A stretch of 64,000 nt of DNA, from NCBI GenBank assembly GCA_002633005.1, contig NMRA01000688.1:1-64000 (forward strand). Direction: 5' to 3'. A model generated the notes under the pieces. The model did no database searches, had not been told where the DNA came from, and saw nothing but the letters and a program-made list of their open reading frames with translations. Both the position numbers and the translations under genes were made by a program. The DNA comes from Phoronis australis. Taxonomy: Eukaryota; Animalia; Phoronida. Of this stretch, positions 53,581-64,000 are shown in pieces (the stretch's first letter is position 1; each line of letters starts with the position of its first letter).

Positions 53581-56233
53581 TCTTCCAGAACCGCTGTCTA
53601 TCACACACACCATCGTCATCTCGAGTCGGCCATTCTATATACGTCACATGTCTCATGAAACATTTCAGCTTGGACTTGAGTTCCTTCTTTGGGATTTTCT
53701 CTAACATCACCATGACGATGAACTGTCGCTTGACCTCCAGGAGCCTCATCAGTGCCATTTCCAACTCAAACTCTCCCCACTCGCTGTTCATGAATTTCCT
53801 TGTCATGACAAATATGATGCTGCGACTGTGATTCATGCTGTTTATTATATTCTCACGAATCCACTCTCCTGCCCTGAAGTCTCGATGATGAATACAGAGT
53901 TTGAATTGACAGTCATTTCCCTCTTCTAACTCTGGCATCATGTTATCTTTCACCCATTTGACATCGTCAATATTGTAGCACACCATTGCATCATACTCAT
54001 AAGTTTCTCTGACAGGACACTTTCTGAATTTGTACTTGAAGTAGTACCAGTATTTTATGTCCAACCTGTAGTGTGCCAGCACAAGTACAGGGGTAATTAA
54101 AAGTACAAGACCAGCACTGGACAGTACAATTATAACATAGATATGTCCATCACATTCTATCCAAGGGAGAACAAAACGATCAATGTTCGTTTCTTTCAGT
54201 GTTGCTGGATAACTGCAGTTATCAAGAAGTTTTTCTTTCAAATCATTACTTTTGTTGTTGAGCCAATCTCTGAACTCCCTTAGTTTGCAGTTGCAGTCAA
54301 ATTTGTTGTTTTGTAAAGAAATGAGTTTCAAATGTTCTAAACCTTTACAATTGCTTTCGTCAAAGGTGTGTATGAGATTGTTGTGCAAGAGTAGTTGTTT
54401 TAATAAAGTTAGTCTTGAAAATACATATTTTCCTATAGTTTGCAAGCTGTTATAGGATAAATCTAAGTACTCAAGTTTTGAGAAGTTCAAAAATGTTTGT
54501 TGGTCCAGACTTTCTATTCTATTATTTGATAAGGTCAGTAATTTCAGGTTGGGCATCTGCATTTTGTTCAATGGCTCTTTATCGAGTGACAGTCCGTAGT
54601 TATTGCCAGCTTTCAAAATGGATAGAGCAGGAAAATTCACCTTTTTCGTCATCCTTACAAGTATTTTGACACATGGCTTGCAATTGTGCATCTCGAGTAT
54701 TCGCAGTCTCCATGAATAGAAGAATTCGAAACAAAACCTGTTGTCTGACGAAGGGATTTGACATGATAAATTGTTGGCTTTCAAGATTTCTAACTTCCTC
54801 AGTCGTAACGAAAAAGAAGTCATCAATGTGGTATCTGAAACATCAATGTGCTTAAGATTTTTTAAATAATGAAGATCATAGACATTGTCTGTTTCGTACC
54901 ATTTTCCCAGTTTGTTCAACAATAGTGTTGACACTGACTGCAGCCTCTTAATGTTTTCCAAAATGTTGTACAGAGATGTGGAGCTATGGAGACTGTTTCC
55001 TGTTAGAACTAATGTTTCAAGTTTATCTAAAGCGTCGAAAGAATTTTTGTCAACTTTGCCAATGTGCGAATAAGTTATTTCAAGGAATTTCAAGTTCGTT
55101 AAACTATTTAAGCCATTTTTAGGTAGTTCCGTAATTTTTCCTTTTTCAACTCTAAACTTTTGTAATGATGTGGAATTAAGAAAAGAAAAATCTTTGGCAG
55201 TTAAACTGACATCTGTTCCAAGTAAGACAAGCTGATATATAGAGATCTTTGATATGCAATCAAATAATGTTTGAAAGAATTGTGCTTCATATTGCATATG
55301 CTTTATCTCTCGTGCAATAACAAGTTGTCGTATAGTTGTGTTTCGTTTTGCTAAATGTTCAAAGGCATCCTTCTTTACTTGATGCACATAGTTTTCTGAA
55401 AGGTCAAGAGAAAGTTCAGTCATTACATAACTGCTGAAGTCATCTTTCTCTAGGTATAGGATTAAGTTATTGCTCAGATCAATGGACAGGTTAGTCGTTT
55501 GAAAGCAACCTGGCCAATTTCTCAAATGTCTGATTGCATTGTTTGACAAGTTTAGCAAATTTAAGTTTGGAAGTGATGACAAACATGGTATTGATGTCCA
55601 ATGATTAGAGCTGTATTCTAAACTGTGTAGATTGGGCAATGTTTTGTTATTATTCAGTGTTATAGAACCGCCTAATCTATATCCGCTTAAAGTTAAATGT
55701 TCGAGATCTGGCAAAAGAAGTAAGATATCTTCAATGTGGATTTCCTGAAGTGCTCTTAACTCTGGGGCAACTTCTTTATTGTGTGGGTAAATGTACAACT
55801 TTTTCAAGTGTGGGATGGGTTTGAATGCTGGCGTATGAATTGTGACCAATATGTACAAGGCTTGTGAAGGTACGAAATCCAGGGTCAGCTCTCTTAGACT
55901 GAACAGACCATTGAATACTGAGCCATTGATATCGACATGAACGTCACATAACTTCAAAGTGAGCACTTGCAACTGTGAGAACCTTCGAAGAGTGTTTTCT
56001 TCAAGTTCCTGAACCTTGCATCGATTTGTCATTGTGAGTGAAGTGACATCACTAGGCACTGTCATTGTCATGATCTCATAGGAGGAATACGTTTGATGGT
56101 ATGTCCTGCCAGAGTGGTCTTGGAAGTCGACAGTACATTGCACAGGGCATGTGGTTTTGGACTTCCATCTGGTGGCATGTACAGTTCCGCACACCATTAG
56201 AGCTATCAGCAGTTGTGTTAGTGTAAAAGCCAT
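53507..56233 (-). CDS. Toll-like receptor B (about 908 aa), single coding exon
   Basis: Same architecture as TLR-A. Start placed at MAFTLTQLLIALMVCGTVHA (signal peptide) because the ORF-track start at 56314 lies upstream of a splice acceptor at about 56300. Confidence 0.95.
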   Translation of the reverse strand: MAFTLTQLLIALMVCGTVHATRWKSKTTCPVQCTVDFQDHSGRTYHQTYSSYEIMTMTVPSDVTSLTMTNRCKVQELEENTLRRFSQLQVLTLKLCDVHVDINGSVFNGLFSLRELTLDFVPSQALYILVTIHTPAFKPIPHLKKLYIYPHNKEVAPELRALQEIHIEDILLLLPDLEHLTLSGYRLGGSITLNNNKTLPNLHSLEYSSNHWTSIPCLSSLPNLNLLNLSNNAIRHLRNWPGCFQTTNLSIDLSNNLILYLEKDDFSSYVMTELSLDLSENYVHQVKKDAFEHLAKRNTTIRQLVIAREIKHMQYEAQFFQTLFDCISKISIYQLVLLGTDVSLTAKDFSFLNSTSLQKFRVEKGKITELPKNGLNSLTNLKFLEITYSHIGKVDKNSFDALDKLETLVLTGNSLHSSTSLYNILENIKRLQSVSTLLLNKLGKWYETDNVYDLHYLKNLKHIDVSDTTLMTSFSLRLRKLEILKANNLSCQIPSSDNRFCFEFFYSWRLRILEMHNCKPCVKILVRMTKKVNFPALSILKAGNNYGLSLDKEPLNKMQMPNLKLLTLSNNRIESLDQQTFLNFSKLEYLDLSYNSLQTIGKYVFSRLTLLKQLLLHNNLIHTFDESNCKGLEHLKLISLQNNKFDCNCKLREFRDWLNNKSNDLKEKLLDNCSYPATLKETNIDRFVLPWIECDGHIYVIIVLSSAGLVLLITPVLVLAHYRLDIKYWYYFKYKFRKCPVRETYEYDAMVCYNIDDVKWVKDNMMPELEEGNDCQFKLCIHHRDFRAGEWIRENIINSMNHSRSIIFVMTRKFMNSEWGEFELEMALMRLLEVKRQFIVMVMLEKIPKKELKSKLKCFMRHVTYIEWPTRDDDGVCDRQRFWKKLKLALLNHKQVTVVDCHTPLLAE

Positions 56234-56436
56234 GATTGATTTGGATATAAACAAACTGGTTTGTATTCTGGATTCCAGTCTTCTGCCTGTTGACAGGCCC
56301 TGCAACAAATTCAAAGAATTTATTTTTGTTTTTAGAGAGCTACATTGCTGAATGGGAGCACTGATTCATCATATGGTGTAGTTTGTTTTAATATGTGGCA
56401 TGCCCTCCATTCAAACCATTTACATAGGTGAGAAAT

Positions 56437-57963
56437 AACATGACCACTGGACCCAAAACATGACCGTCAGTCCTCCAAATTGGACCGATTCATCACAAAG
56501 AACCTACGGGGATTAAATGGGATCACCACACCAGAAAATGGGACCAACGCACCTCATGACCGCCCCACCAGAAAGCAGTACTGTTGGAGACTGAACATGA
56601 CAGCTGGACAAAATGTAGTTATCAATTCCTGAGTGTGTTACTGCGGGTTATGACGTAACCTACCAGCTAGCTATATGAAGACTTATCGTCAAAATACAGC
56701 TTGGTAGCACTGTGTGTTAAGCTCCATTAGACCTCAAAATTTCAGCCGGGGTAGTTCTGCTCATCACCTTGTTGTGAAATTTATGTCTACATGTAGAGCT
56801 AATGACTGATGTTGGTGCATGCAAAATCTGGGAGTCAAACCGACACCTTGCCCTTTGCAGCCATTTGAAAAAAAAAACAATCTAATGAACGTCATTTTCT
56901 TGTATGACTCTTGTCTTTTGTAACAAAGAAAAGTATGTCACGCTCGTGACACGCACACATGCATTTCCTAAAATTTTGCAGCATCTTTTGGAAGGTGATG
57001 ACAGATGCAAAATTTATTCTGAAATTCGATTTGTTGATATTAAAATATTAAAAACTTTTAACAATTTAATAATAATTTGTTGTGACATGTACTCAAGCTC
57101 GTGGAAGGGAAGAACAGCTGATAGAATAATCGGGGAATAAAGGATTTGGCCAATGAGAGCCAACCCAAAAGAACGCATCACAACTTTAGCAGCTAGCAGA
57201 ATATGGGCAGAAGACCAATTTTTCCTGAACGCTGATAAATAATTTAGGTTACTCAAGGGAGAGTGTCATTTAATAACACTAAATTTGTTTAGATTGTACT
57301 TGGTCAGTTTTTTACCCACATCAGCTCAAAGCTGTATGAGTGTATACAGCTTTGCAGTACCAAGGCTAGTTTATGATGATACTTTACCTGAGAACCAGAA
57401 CACGTTTTTTGGCTTGACAAAAACATCAAATTGGAGAAAATGAGTTTCGTTGGTTTTAAAACTGATACAGTGGATAAAATTATAATTATTTAACTCAAAA
57501 GTTTGCAATGTGGTTGGTTTTCGGTTAGATTTATTAATTTTGATGTTGACTTTCTTTCAATTGTTTATCTGATGAGTCAAACACCGCAGCAGGTGATGTA
57601 AAGCTCGAAAGCGCTGCCGTTTACTGAGCAAATTATCCTGTAGCGCACAAAAGTTTTCAGTGCATTTATCAGCATAACACCTGCATACATACATAACCCA
57701 TTGTATGATCTGTGTAGGCCTACAGTGTCAATTGACCCGTCATATAACTTAGCTAGTTGTCATTGTGGTCCTAAAGTTTCAATCCTCAATGATCATGTTC
57801 AGTCTCTGGCGGTTCTGTTTTGTAGTTGGGCGGTCGTGTTTTTAGGTGCCTCGTTCCCATTTTCTGGTGCGGCGGTCCCAATTGAACTCCGTAGGTCCCG
57901 TTTTGTGAAGAGTCAATCCAATTTGGAGCACCGGCAGTCATGTTTTTGGGTCCAACGGTTATG
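56437..57963. repeat. Diverged ~170-bp inverted repeat pair (about 56440-56610 and 57793-57963)
   Basis: GGACCCAAAACATGAC..CTCCAAATTGGA..CACCAGAAAATGGGA..AGACTGAACATGA and its reverse complement. Confidence 0.7.
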
Positions 57964-59984
57964 TTGTTTCTCACCCGTGATTTCTCTTCGTCAAAAATTA
58001 ACATGGGCTGTATGGAAGCAGGAGAATGTCATTAAACATTCGAGAATAACATAAACTTGCCTGAAGTGATCACTAGAAATTTGGTGAAGTTGCAATTATC
58101 GCTTTTGTGCACTTTTTGCCACCTACATTCTACATTGTAATATTCAAATTTACTTCTAGTTGCTAGCAGTACGAAAGATAAATGTTGGAAGCTGTTCCTT
58201 GTCCTAACCAAATAAGCGTTACTTTCCTCATTGAATTGGTTGCACTTACCGATAACTGTAACTGAAATTTTCAAACCTCTAACCTGTAGTCTGACCTAGT
58301 GGTGACTGACTTGTATGGTTATGAAACTAGCATTAATAGAGGATGTGGAACTGAGAGTGAAACACTTAGTTTCAATCTGCAGTGTGTTTGTGTGTGTGCG
58401 TGCGTGCGTGTGTGTGAGCAGAAGGCTAACTTTAACATTTACAAAGTTGTCAATAATGGGAGGGATGCTCTGCCATTTTTGAGGGGTTGTGCCTCTGGGA
58501 GATTACAACAGTTGCACAGTAAGCTGTTCAAGGTGTCTGGGCATGAAGCTGCTTCAGCCTTTTAGAGTTTGTATAATAATAAAAGGAGAGGTCATGCAGC
58601 TATGAAAGGGCGCTCCTTTCACAAAGCCTTGTTGTCATATGTCCCACATGTGCCTCAATGATTTCACGTTTGACTTCATTAAAAAATTCATCAAAAGGGT
58701 TTCAATGCCATGTTGCATGAAGCAGTCCCAAATATGAACTCAACTAAGTTTCCTAAATCTATTGCGTATGTGTATCTTGTCGCTGGGAGATTAAAATATT
58801 CAGTTATCTGTTTTTTTTTTTCACAAAGGCTTGTTCTCACAACATAACCTTTTTGGCACGAAAGTTCACCTGAACAGAAGAACAATTTATGGAATTAAAA
58901 TTCAACAAAGAATGATCTTGATGAAGGCCGTTTTAAGGCTCTAAGCAATCCCAACCTTGGAAATAGTGATTTTGGTTTATGTTTTGGTTAGGATCAGTCA
59001 ATTTTTGATGAGTGGCGCAGCATTCCTAATTGCATGTCATAAAACCACAGCTAAGCCAATTTATTTCAGATTGAAGTTAGTGATTTTGGTTTGACCTAAT
59101 TGGTGACGTAGGACTTAAGCCCAATAAATCTGAATATGAAACTCCTCTGTAGATTTTTTGCCAAGTGAACCCTGTTTCTGAAATGATGTCTCCATATGCC
59201 TAAGCCCTCTTTACAATGTACTGTTTTCAAAAGCTCTACCTAGTGGTAGTCTCTACTGTTGTAATTTTCATTTTCTATTGGATGGCTTGTAAGAAACTGA
59301 CTGATATGTACATAACATCCTGATGAAGTTATTGACCCACCCTTTTGTAGGGTTTGTTTAAATGAAAGAAAACTTTTCAGAGAGAATTGATTTTGAGAAG
59401 TTGCCCTTTGGTGGAAAGGTGACCCAGCCATCAGAGTGGCATGTCTGAGGACCCTCAATGCCTTGATTTTGTAACCAAATACCAGCTTTGTTTCCCTCAG
59501 AAATAACAATTAGAAATCGCACAAAATTCTTCTCGTCAAGATCAAATAATTTCCATGAGTGATCAAATGGAGTTGTCCTTGGCTAGAATCACTCTGTCAC
59601 CTCGTGCAGACACAGGGGCCATGGGGTTCCCATCAATCAAAAAATGATGAAAGATCCTCTTGGTTACTCAGTTAATTTCACATACTCATCAACTTAAAAG
59701 TGTGTGCGGTAAAATCTCACCCATTTCAGACAAAATGGTCTTATTCATTTTTCAAATGCTTAATCTAATGTTGTTTTGAATGTCCACAGTTGCTGGAAAC
59801 ATTGTCTGGAGGTATCTATGGCATAGACATTTATTATGGTATAGCATCTATTTGGTGCTACCTATCTTTTATTCAAAAATGAAAACATAAAATTTCACTT
59901 GTCCGCCATACTGTGTCCTAAATTGGTGAGATTTAACAGTATGTAATATTCAATTTATTTGGCAAGCCTAGATTATAACTTTAA

Positions 59985-60481
59985 AGGGCCTTTCATACTA
60001 ACGTTGATGCGTCGATGTTCTGGGGAGTTGCAGTCAGTATGAACACTTAACTTTGGTCCTGGATCGAAGTTAACACCACTAGTTAACTTCGCACTGAGCA
60101 GGTGGACTTAAGAGCGGAGTGTCGATGCTGCAGTACAGTATGAATGGTCAACTTCGGTCCTATCGAAATTATCGCCGCTGCTTAGTATCGTCAAAAATTA
60201 CAGCTGGGTTAAGTGCCGTCGCTAATAGTTGCTTATATTTTGCTATAATAATCACCAGTCGATTTAAAAATAAGTTTTATGTAAATTAGTACATGTTGAT
60301 GTTCCCACTGAAAAAAACTAGCATGCAGCGCTACCTTGCGATAACTTCGATGACGACTGCGTCACCTACCATTTACTTCGATGTTCATTAACTACCGAAT
60401 ACTGTATGAACAGTCCAGTTAACTTCGCAGTATACGTCAACGCTCCCCTCAGACAGGAGTTAAGTCAATATGAAATTGCCT
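59985..60481. mobile_element. Harbinger-like MITE (degenerate)
   Basis: AGGGCCTTTCATACT / AATATGAAATTGCCT ends; internal TTAACTTCG and CAGTATGAA inverted motifs. Confidence 0.45.
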
Positions 60482-60778
60482 TAAGGAAAATTTATTTGAT
60501 TTATTTTGTGCTAAATTAGTGGAGAATTACCGTAAGCCCATTAGTCATTTCTTTCTTTGGTCTTAGAAAGTTGGAAGTTGATAGGACTATGATAGCAAGG
60601 AATCTATGCCCTGATGTGTTTAGATGTTAGAGCCTTAGGGCCATAACAGGGCTTTCAGCACAGGTGCTATTTACATATACCTTTCCTTTAGGTCAGGTAT
60701 AAAGCACTGCAATAGTCCCAATTCATCTCATTTAATTGTAAAGTCAAGAGTTATAATTTTATAGTATTCATGTATTTA

Positions 60779-62043
60779 TTATGCGTCCACATATTTTCAT
60801 GTGGGTGCATATTGCCGTCATCTCTGTCGGGAGTCCATGGCTTATCTCGTAAACCCCTTGGAGGATCTTATTGAAATTTTGCAGGTGTGTTCCTGTGTGG
60901 CTGACGACAGATGACGAGTTTCAGACAGACCCAAATACCTCTGTGCCCCTAGTGGCAATTTTAGCTTTTTACCTCAGTATCTTCGGAGTTCCTGCACGGT
61001 TTGTCATTAAATTCGGCAAATAGGTTTTTAATGCGCAGTCGATGATTTCCATTTTCAGACGGATCTAACAAATTTTGTGCCACCTTGTGGACATTTCCGT
61101 TATTTATGCGTCCTTTTTCTGGCATCCGCCTCTCTATCTGCCATTCAACTCTAAGGATCATTATAAAACTTTTCACCTGTGTTGCTGATGAAAAGGCCTC
61201 AATTGACGTTGACTTTTAGACAGGTCTGACTAGTGTCCTCCCCTAGTGGCAACTTTGTTTTTTTGCGTCTATGGCTAAATCTCCGTAACCCTTTGAAGAA
61301 GCATTGTGAAATTTGAAAGATGTATTCGTATGGAGCCGTCGACAAATGGTAACGTGTGTCTGATTTAAATACAACTGTGCCCCCTGGTGGAAAAATGTTT
61401 TTTACATTTGGCTTTGTGTTTTCAGAGTTCAGTAATGTATTTTCATGAAATGCGGCAAATGGGTTTCTATTAGGGAGACGACGCCTTCTCATTATTGGAC
61501 AGTTTGATGTTCTCTGCGCCACCTGTTGGCTGTAATGTTTGCATATGCTTTTGGCGTCTGCCTCTGTATCTGCCAATCCACTCAAATGGTGATTATGGAA
61601 ATTGATGGCTGTGTTCCTGATGTGAAGACCCTGGCCAATGTTGATTTATGGATGTTTTTGACTATTCAGGTGTCCATTGGAGGAAATTTTGCTTTTTTGC
61701 ATCTATGGCTGTAACTGCCTAACCCTTTGAAGGATCTTTGCAAAATTTGGCAGACGGGCTTCCGTAGAGATGGCATCAGATGACTATGAGTCTCAGCCCA
61801 ATATAGCTGTGGCTCCTGGTGTCAATTGTTTGTTAAGCTTACCTCTATATCGTAGGAGAGTTCCTTGGCTCATTTTCAAGAAATTTGGCAGATAGTTGTG
61901 TGTAACAGAGACAGCACCACCTTCTCAATGCAGACGATTTGGTGCATTCTGCGCCATCTAGTGGCCATTGTTATACATTTATAGATTGAAGCATATCATT
62001 TGTGGTGACTTCACAGGCGCAATTCAACGCACAACGTTGTCTT
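60779..62043 (+). mobile_element. Older diverged HINE copy between TLR-B and TLR-C
   Basis: TTATGCGTCCACAT head; GGCGCAATTCAACGCACAACGTTG tail. Confidence 0.68.
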
Positions 62044-62324
62044 TATTTATGCAATAGCGTTTATTTCAATAAATTTTACAACAATAAATATTTCTATCAC
62101 ACAAGCATATTTGTGAAACGATACATCACCTGGAAAATTTTCTTTTTATTTGGCGTTGGTCATTCCAAACCCTGAAAATAAAATCTTGCTACATAAACAC
62201 AAGCACTGTTTAAGGAATCATTCTTTAATGCACCATTTTTCGAAAGCGTTCATTAATATTCATGTGGAATATAGAAGCGAGGCTAAGCAAGGTAGTGATT
62301 GTCTAGTCTCAGGCGATCATCTTT

Positions 62325-62640
62325 TGCATAGTCAACCACCAGTAGACTGCTTGTATCTAGCAGAGTTATAGTTTTAAGCTTCAGTCTGGTGTTCACTCTG
62401 CAAGAAGTGGTGTATGACAGTCAACCACTGTAGCCTGCTTGTTATCTAGCAGAGCTATAGTTTTAGGCTTCAGTCAGGTCTTTACTCAGCTAGGAGTGGT
62501 GTATGACAGTCAAGTACTGTTGCCTGCTTGTTATCTAGCAGATCTATAGTTTTAGGCTCCAGTCAGGTCTTTACTCAGCTAGGAGTGGTGTATGACAGTC
62601 AACTACTGTAGCCTGCTTGTGATCTAGCAGGGCTAGTTTT
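62325..62640 (-). repeat. 89-bp tandem copies of the TLR-C C-terminal coding end
   Basis: Units start at 62571, 62482 and 62393, plus a degenerate partial copy. Confidence 0.9.
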
Positions 62641-63679
62641 AGTTTCTTCCAGAACCGTTTTCTATCACGGACACTGTCATCATCATGAGTTGGCCATTCT
62701 ATATACGTCACATGTCTCGTGAAACATTTCAGTTTGGACTTGAGTTGCTTCTTTGGGATTTTCTCCATCATCACCATGACGATGAATTGTCGCTTGACCT
62801 CCAAGAGCCTCATCAGTGCCATTTCCAACTCAAACTCTCCCCACTCGCTGTTCATGAATTTCATTGTCATGACAAATATGATGCTGCGACTGTGATTCAT
62901 GCTATTTATTATATTCTGACGAATCCACTCTCCAGCCCTGAAGTCTCGATGATGAATACAGAGTTTGAATTGATAGTCATTTCCCTCTTCTAACTCTGGC
63001 ATCATGTTGTCTTTCACCCATTTGACATCGTCAATATTATAGCACACCATTGCATCATACTCATAAGTTTCTCTGACAGGACACTTTCTGAATTTGTACT
63101 TGAAGTAGTACCAGTATTTTATGTCCAACCTGTAGTGTGCCAGCACAAGTACAGGGGTAATTAAAAGTACAAGACCAACACTGGAGAGTACAATTACAAC
63201 ATAGATATGTCCATCACATTCTATCCAAGGTAACTGAAAATGAGTAATGTCATTTTCTCTCAGTGTCGTTGGATAGCTGCAGTTATCTATGCGTTGTTCT
63301 TGTAGATGTCTAGCATTATCTAACCAGTCTCTGAGGTCTCGTAGTTTGCAGTTGCAGTCAAACTTATTCTTTTGCAAATAAATGATTCTCAAGTTCCCAA
63401 GCCCTTTAAGATTGCTTGCATCGAGTGTTGTAATGAAATTGTTGTCTAAGTACAGTTCTTTAAGCATCCTTAGCTGTGAAAATGTGCCTTTGCCAAGCAT
63501 GTGCAAGTCATTGTAAGACAAGTTCAAGAATTCCAGGTTTGGAATGTTGGAAAATGCTTTTTCTTCCAATGTGTTGATTCGATTATACGATAAACTTAGT
63601 GATTTTAGGTTAGGCATCTGCATCCTGTTTAAAGGCTCCTTGTCAATGGACACTCCAGAGTTACTGCTAACGTCCAAAT
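62571..63679 (-). CDS. Toll-like receptor C, C-terminal part (last LRRs, LRRCT, TM, TIR); 5' part cut by an assembly join and the window edge
   Basis: Open frame from the N at 63680 to the stop codon; TM-TIR almost identical to TLR-B. Confidence 0.92.
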
Positions 63680-63680
63680 N

Positions 63681-64000
63681 TCCAAGGTAACTGAAAATGA
63701 GTAATGTCATTTTCTCTCAGTGTCGTTGGATAGCTGCAGTTATCTATACGTTGTTCTTGTAGATGTCTAGCATTATCTAACCAGTCTCTGAGGTCTCGTA
63801 GTTTGCAGTTGCAGTCAAACTTATTCTTTTGCAAATAAATTATTCTCAAGTTCCCAAGCCCTTTAAGATTGCTTGCATCGAGTGTTGTAATGAAATTGTT
63901 GTCTAAGTACAGTTCTTTAAGCATCCTTAGCTGTGAAAATGTGCCTTTGCCAAGCATGTGCAAGTCATTGTAAGACAAGTTCAAGAATTCCAGGTTTGGA
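63681..64000. other. Probable assembly/haplotype overlap duplicating 63224-63543
   Basis: Begins immediately after a single N; near-identical to the first copy (two substitutions noticed). Confidence 0.8.

Noticed and set aside
56234-56314. N-terminal 27 aa of the 935-aa ORF
   Set aside because: It starts at a non-ATG codon, crosses a splice acceptor at about 56300 and precedes the signal-peptide Met.
63667-63984. Apparent fourth TLR or tandem LRR duplication
   Set aside because: Near-identical to 63224-63543 and begins at a single N, typical of an unmerged contig or haplotype overlap.

Overview
Intron-rich animal genomic DNA, probably a marine invertebrate draft scaffold, with single-N joins at 573, 28922 and 63680 and an N-gap at about 4290-4386. 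The + strand carries 14 coding exons (7240-33047) of the UPF1-like SF1 RNA/DNA helicase IGHMBP2/SMUBP-2. They splice in frame for 770 codons and end at a donor site in the middle of the R3H domain. I could not find the rest of R3H or the AN1 zinc finger in the remaining 31 kb. That stretch holds three Toll-like receptor genes on the - strand (two complete single-exon ORFs, one truncated), apparently nested antisense in an IGHMBP2 intron. All three TLRs have Ala in place of the BB-loop Pro and share near-identical TM/TIR tracts. Two of them are followed by 89-bp tandem copies of their own C-terminal coding end. The introns contain many non-autonomous DNA transposons: Kolobok-like TTAA/THAP elements, hAT-, Harbinger- and Tc1/pogo-like MITEs, and a Helentron-associated (HINE/DINE-like) family whose internal repeats carry dense CTCF-like motifs. 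All calls come from manual reading; no searches were run.
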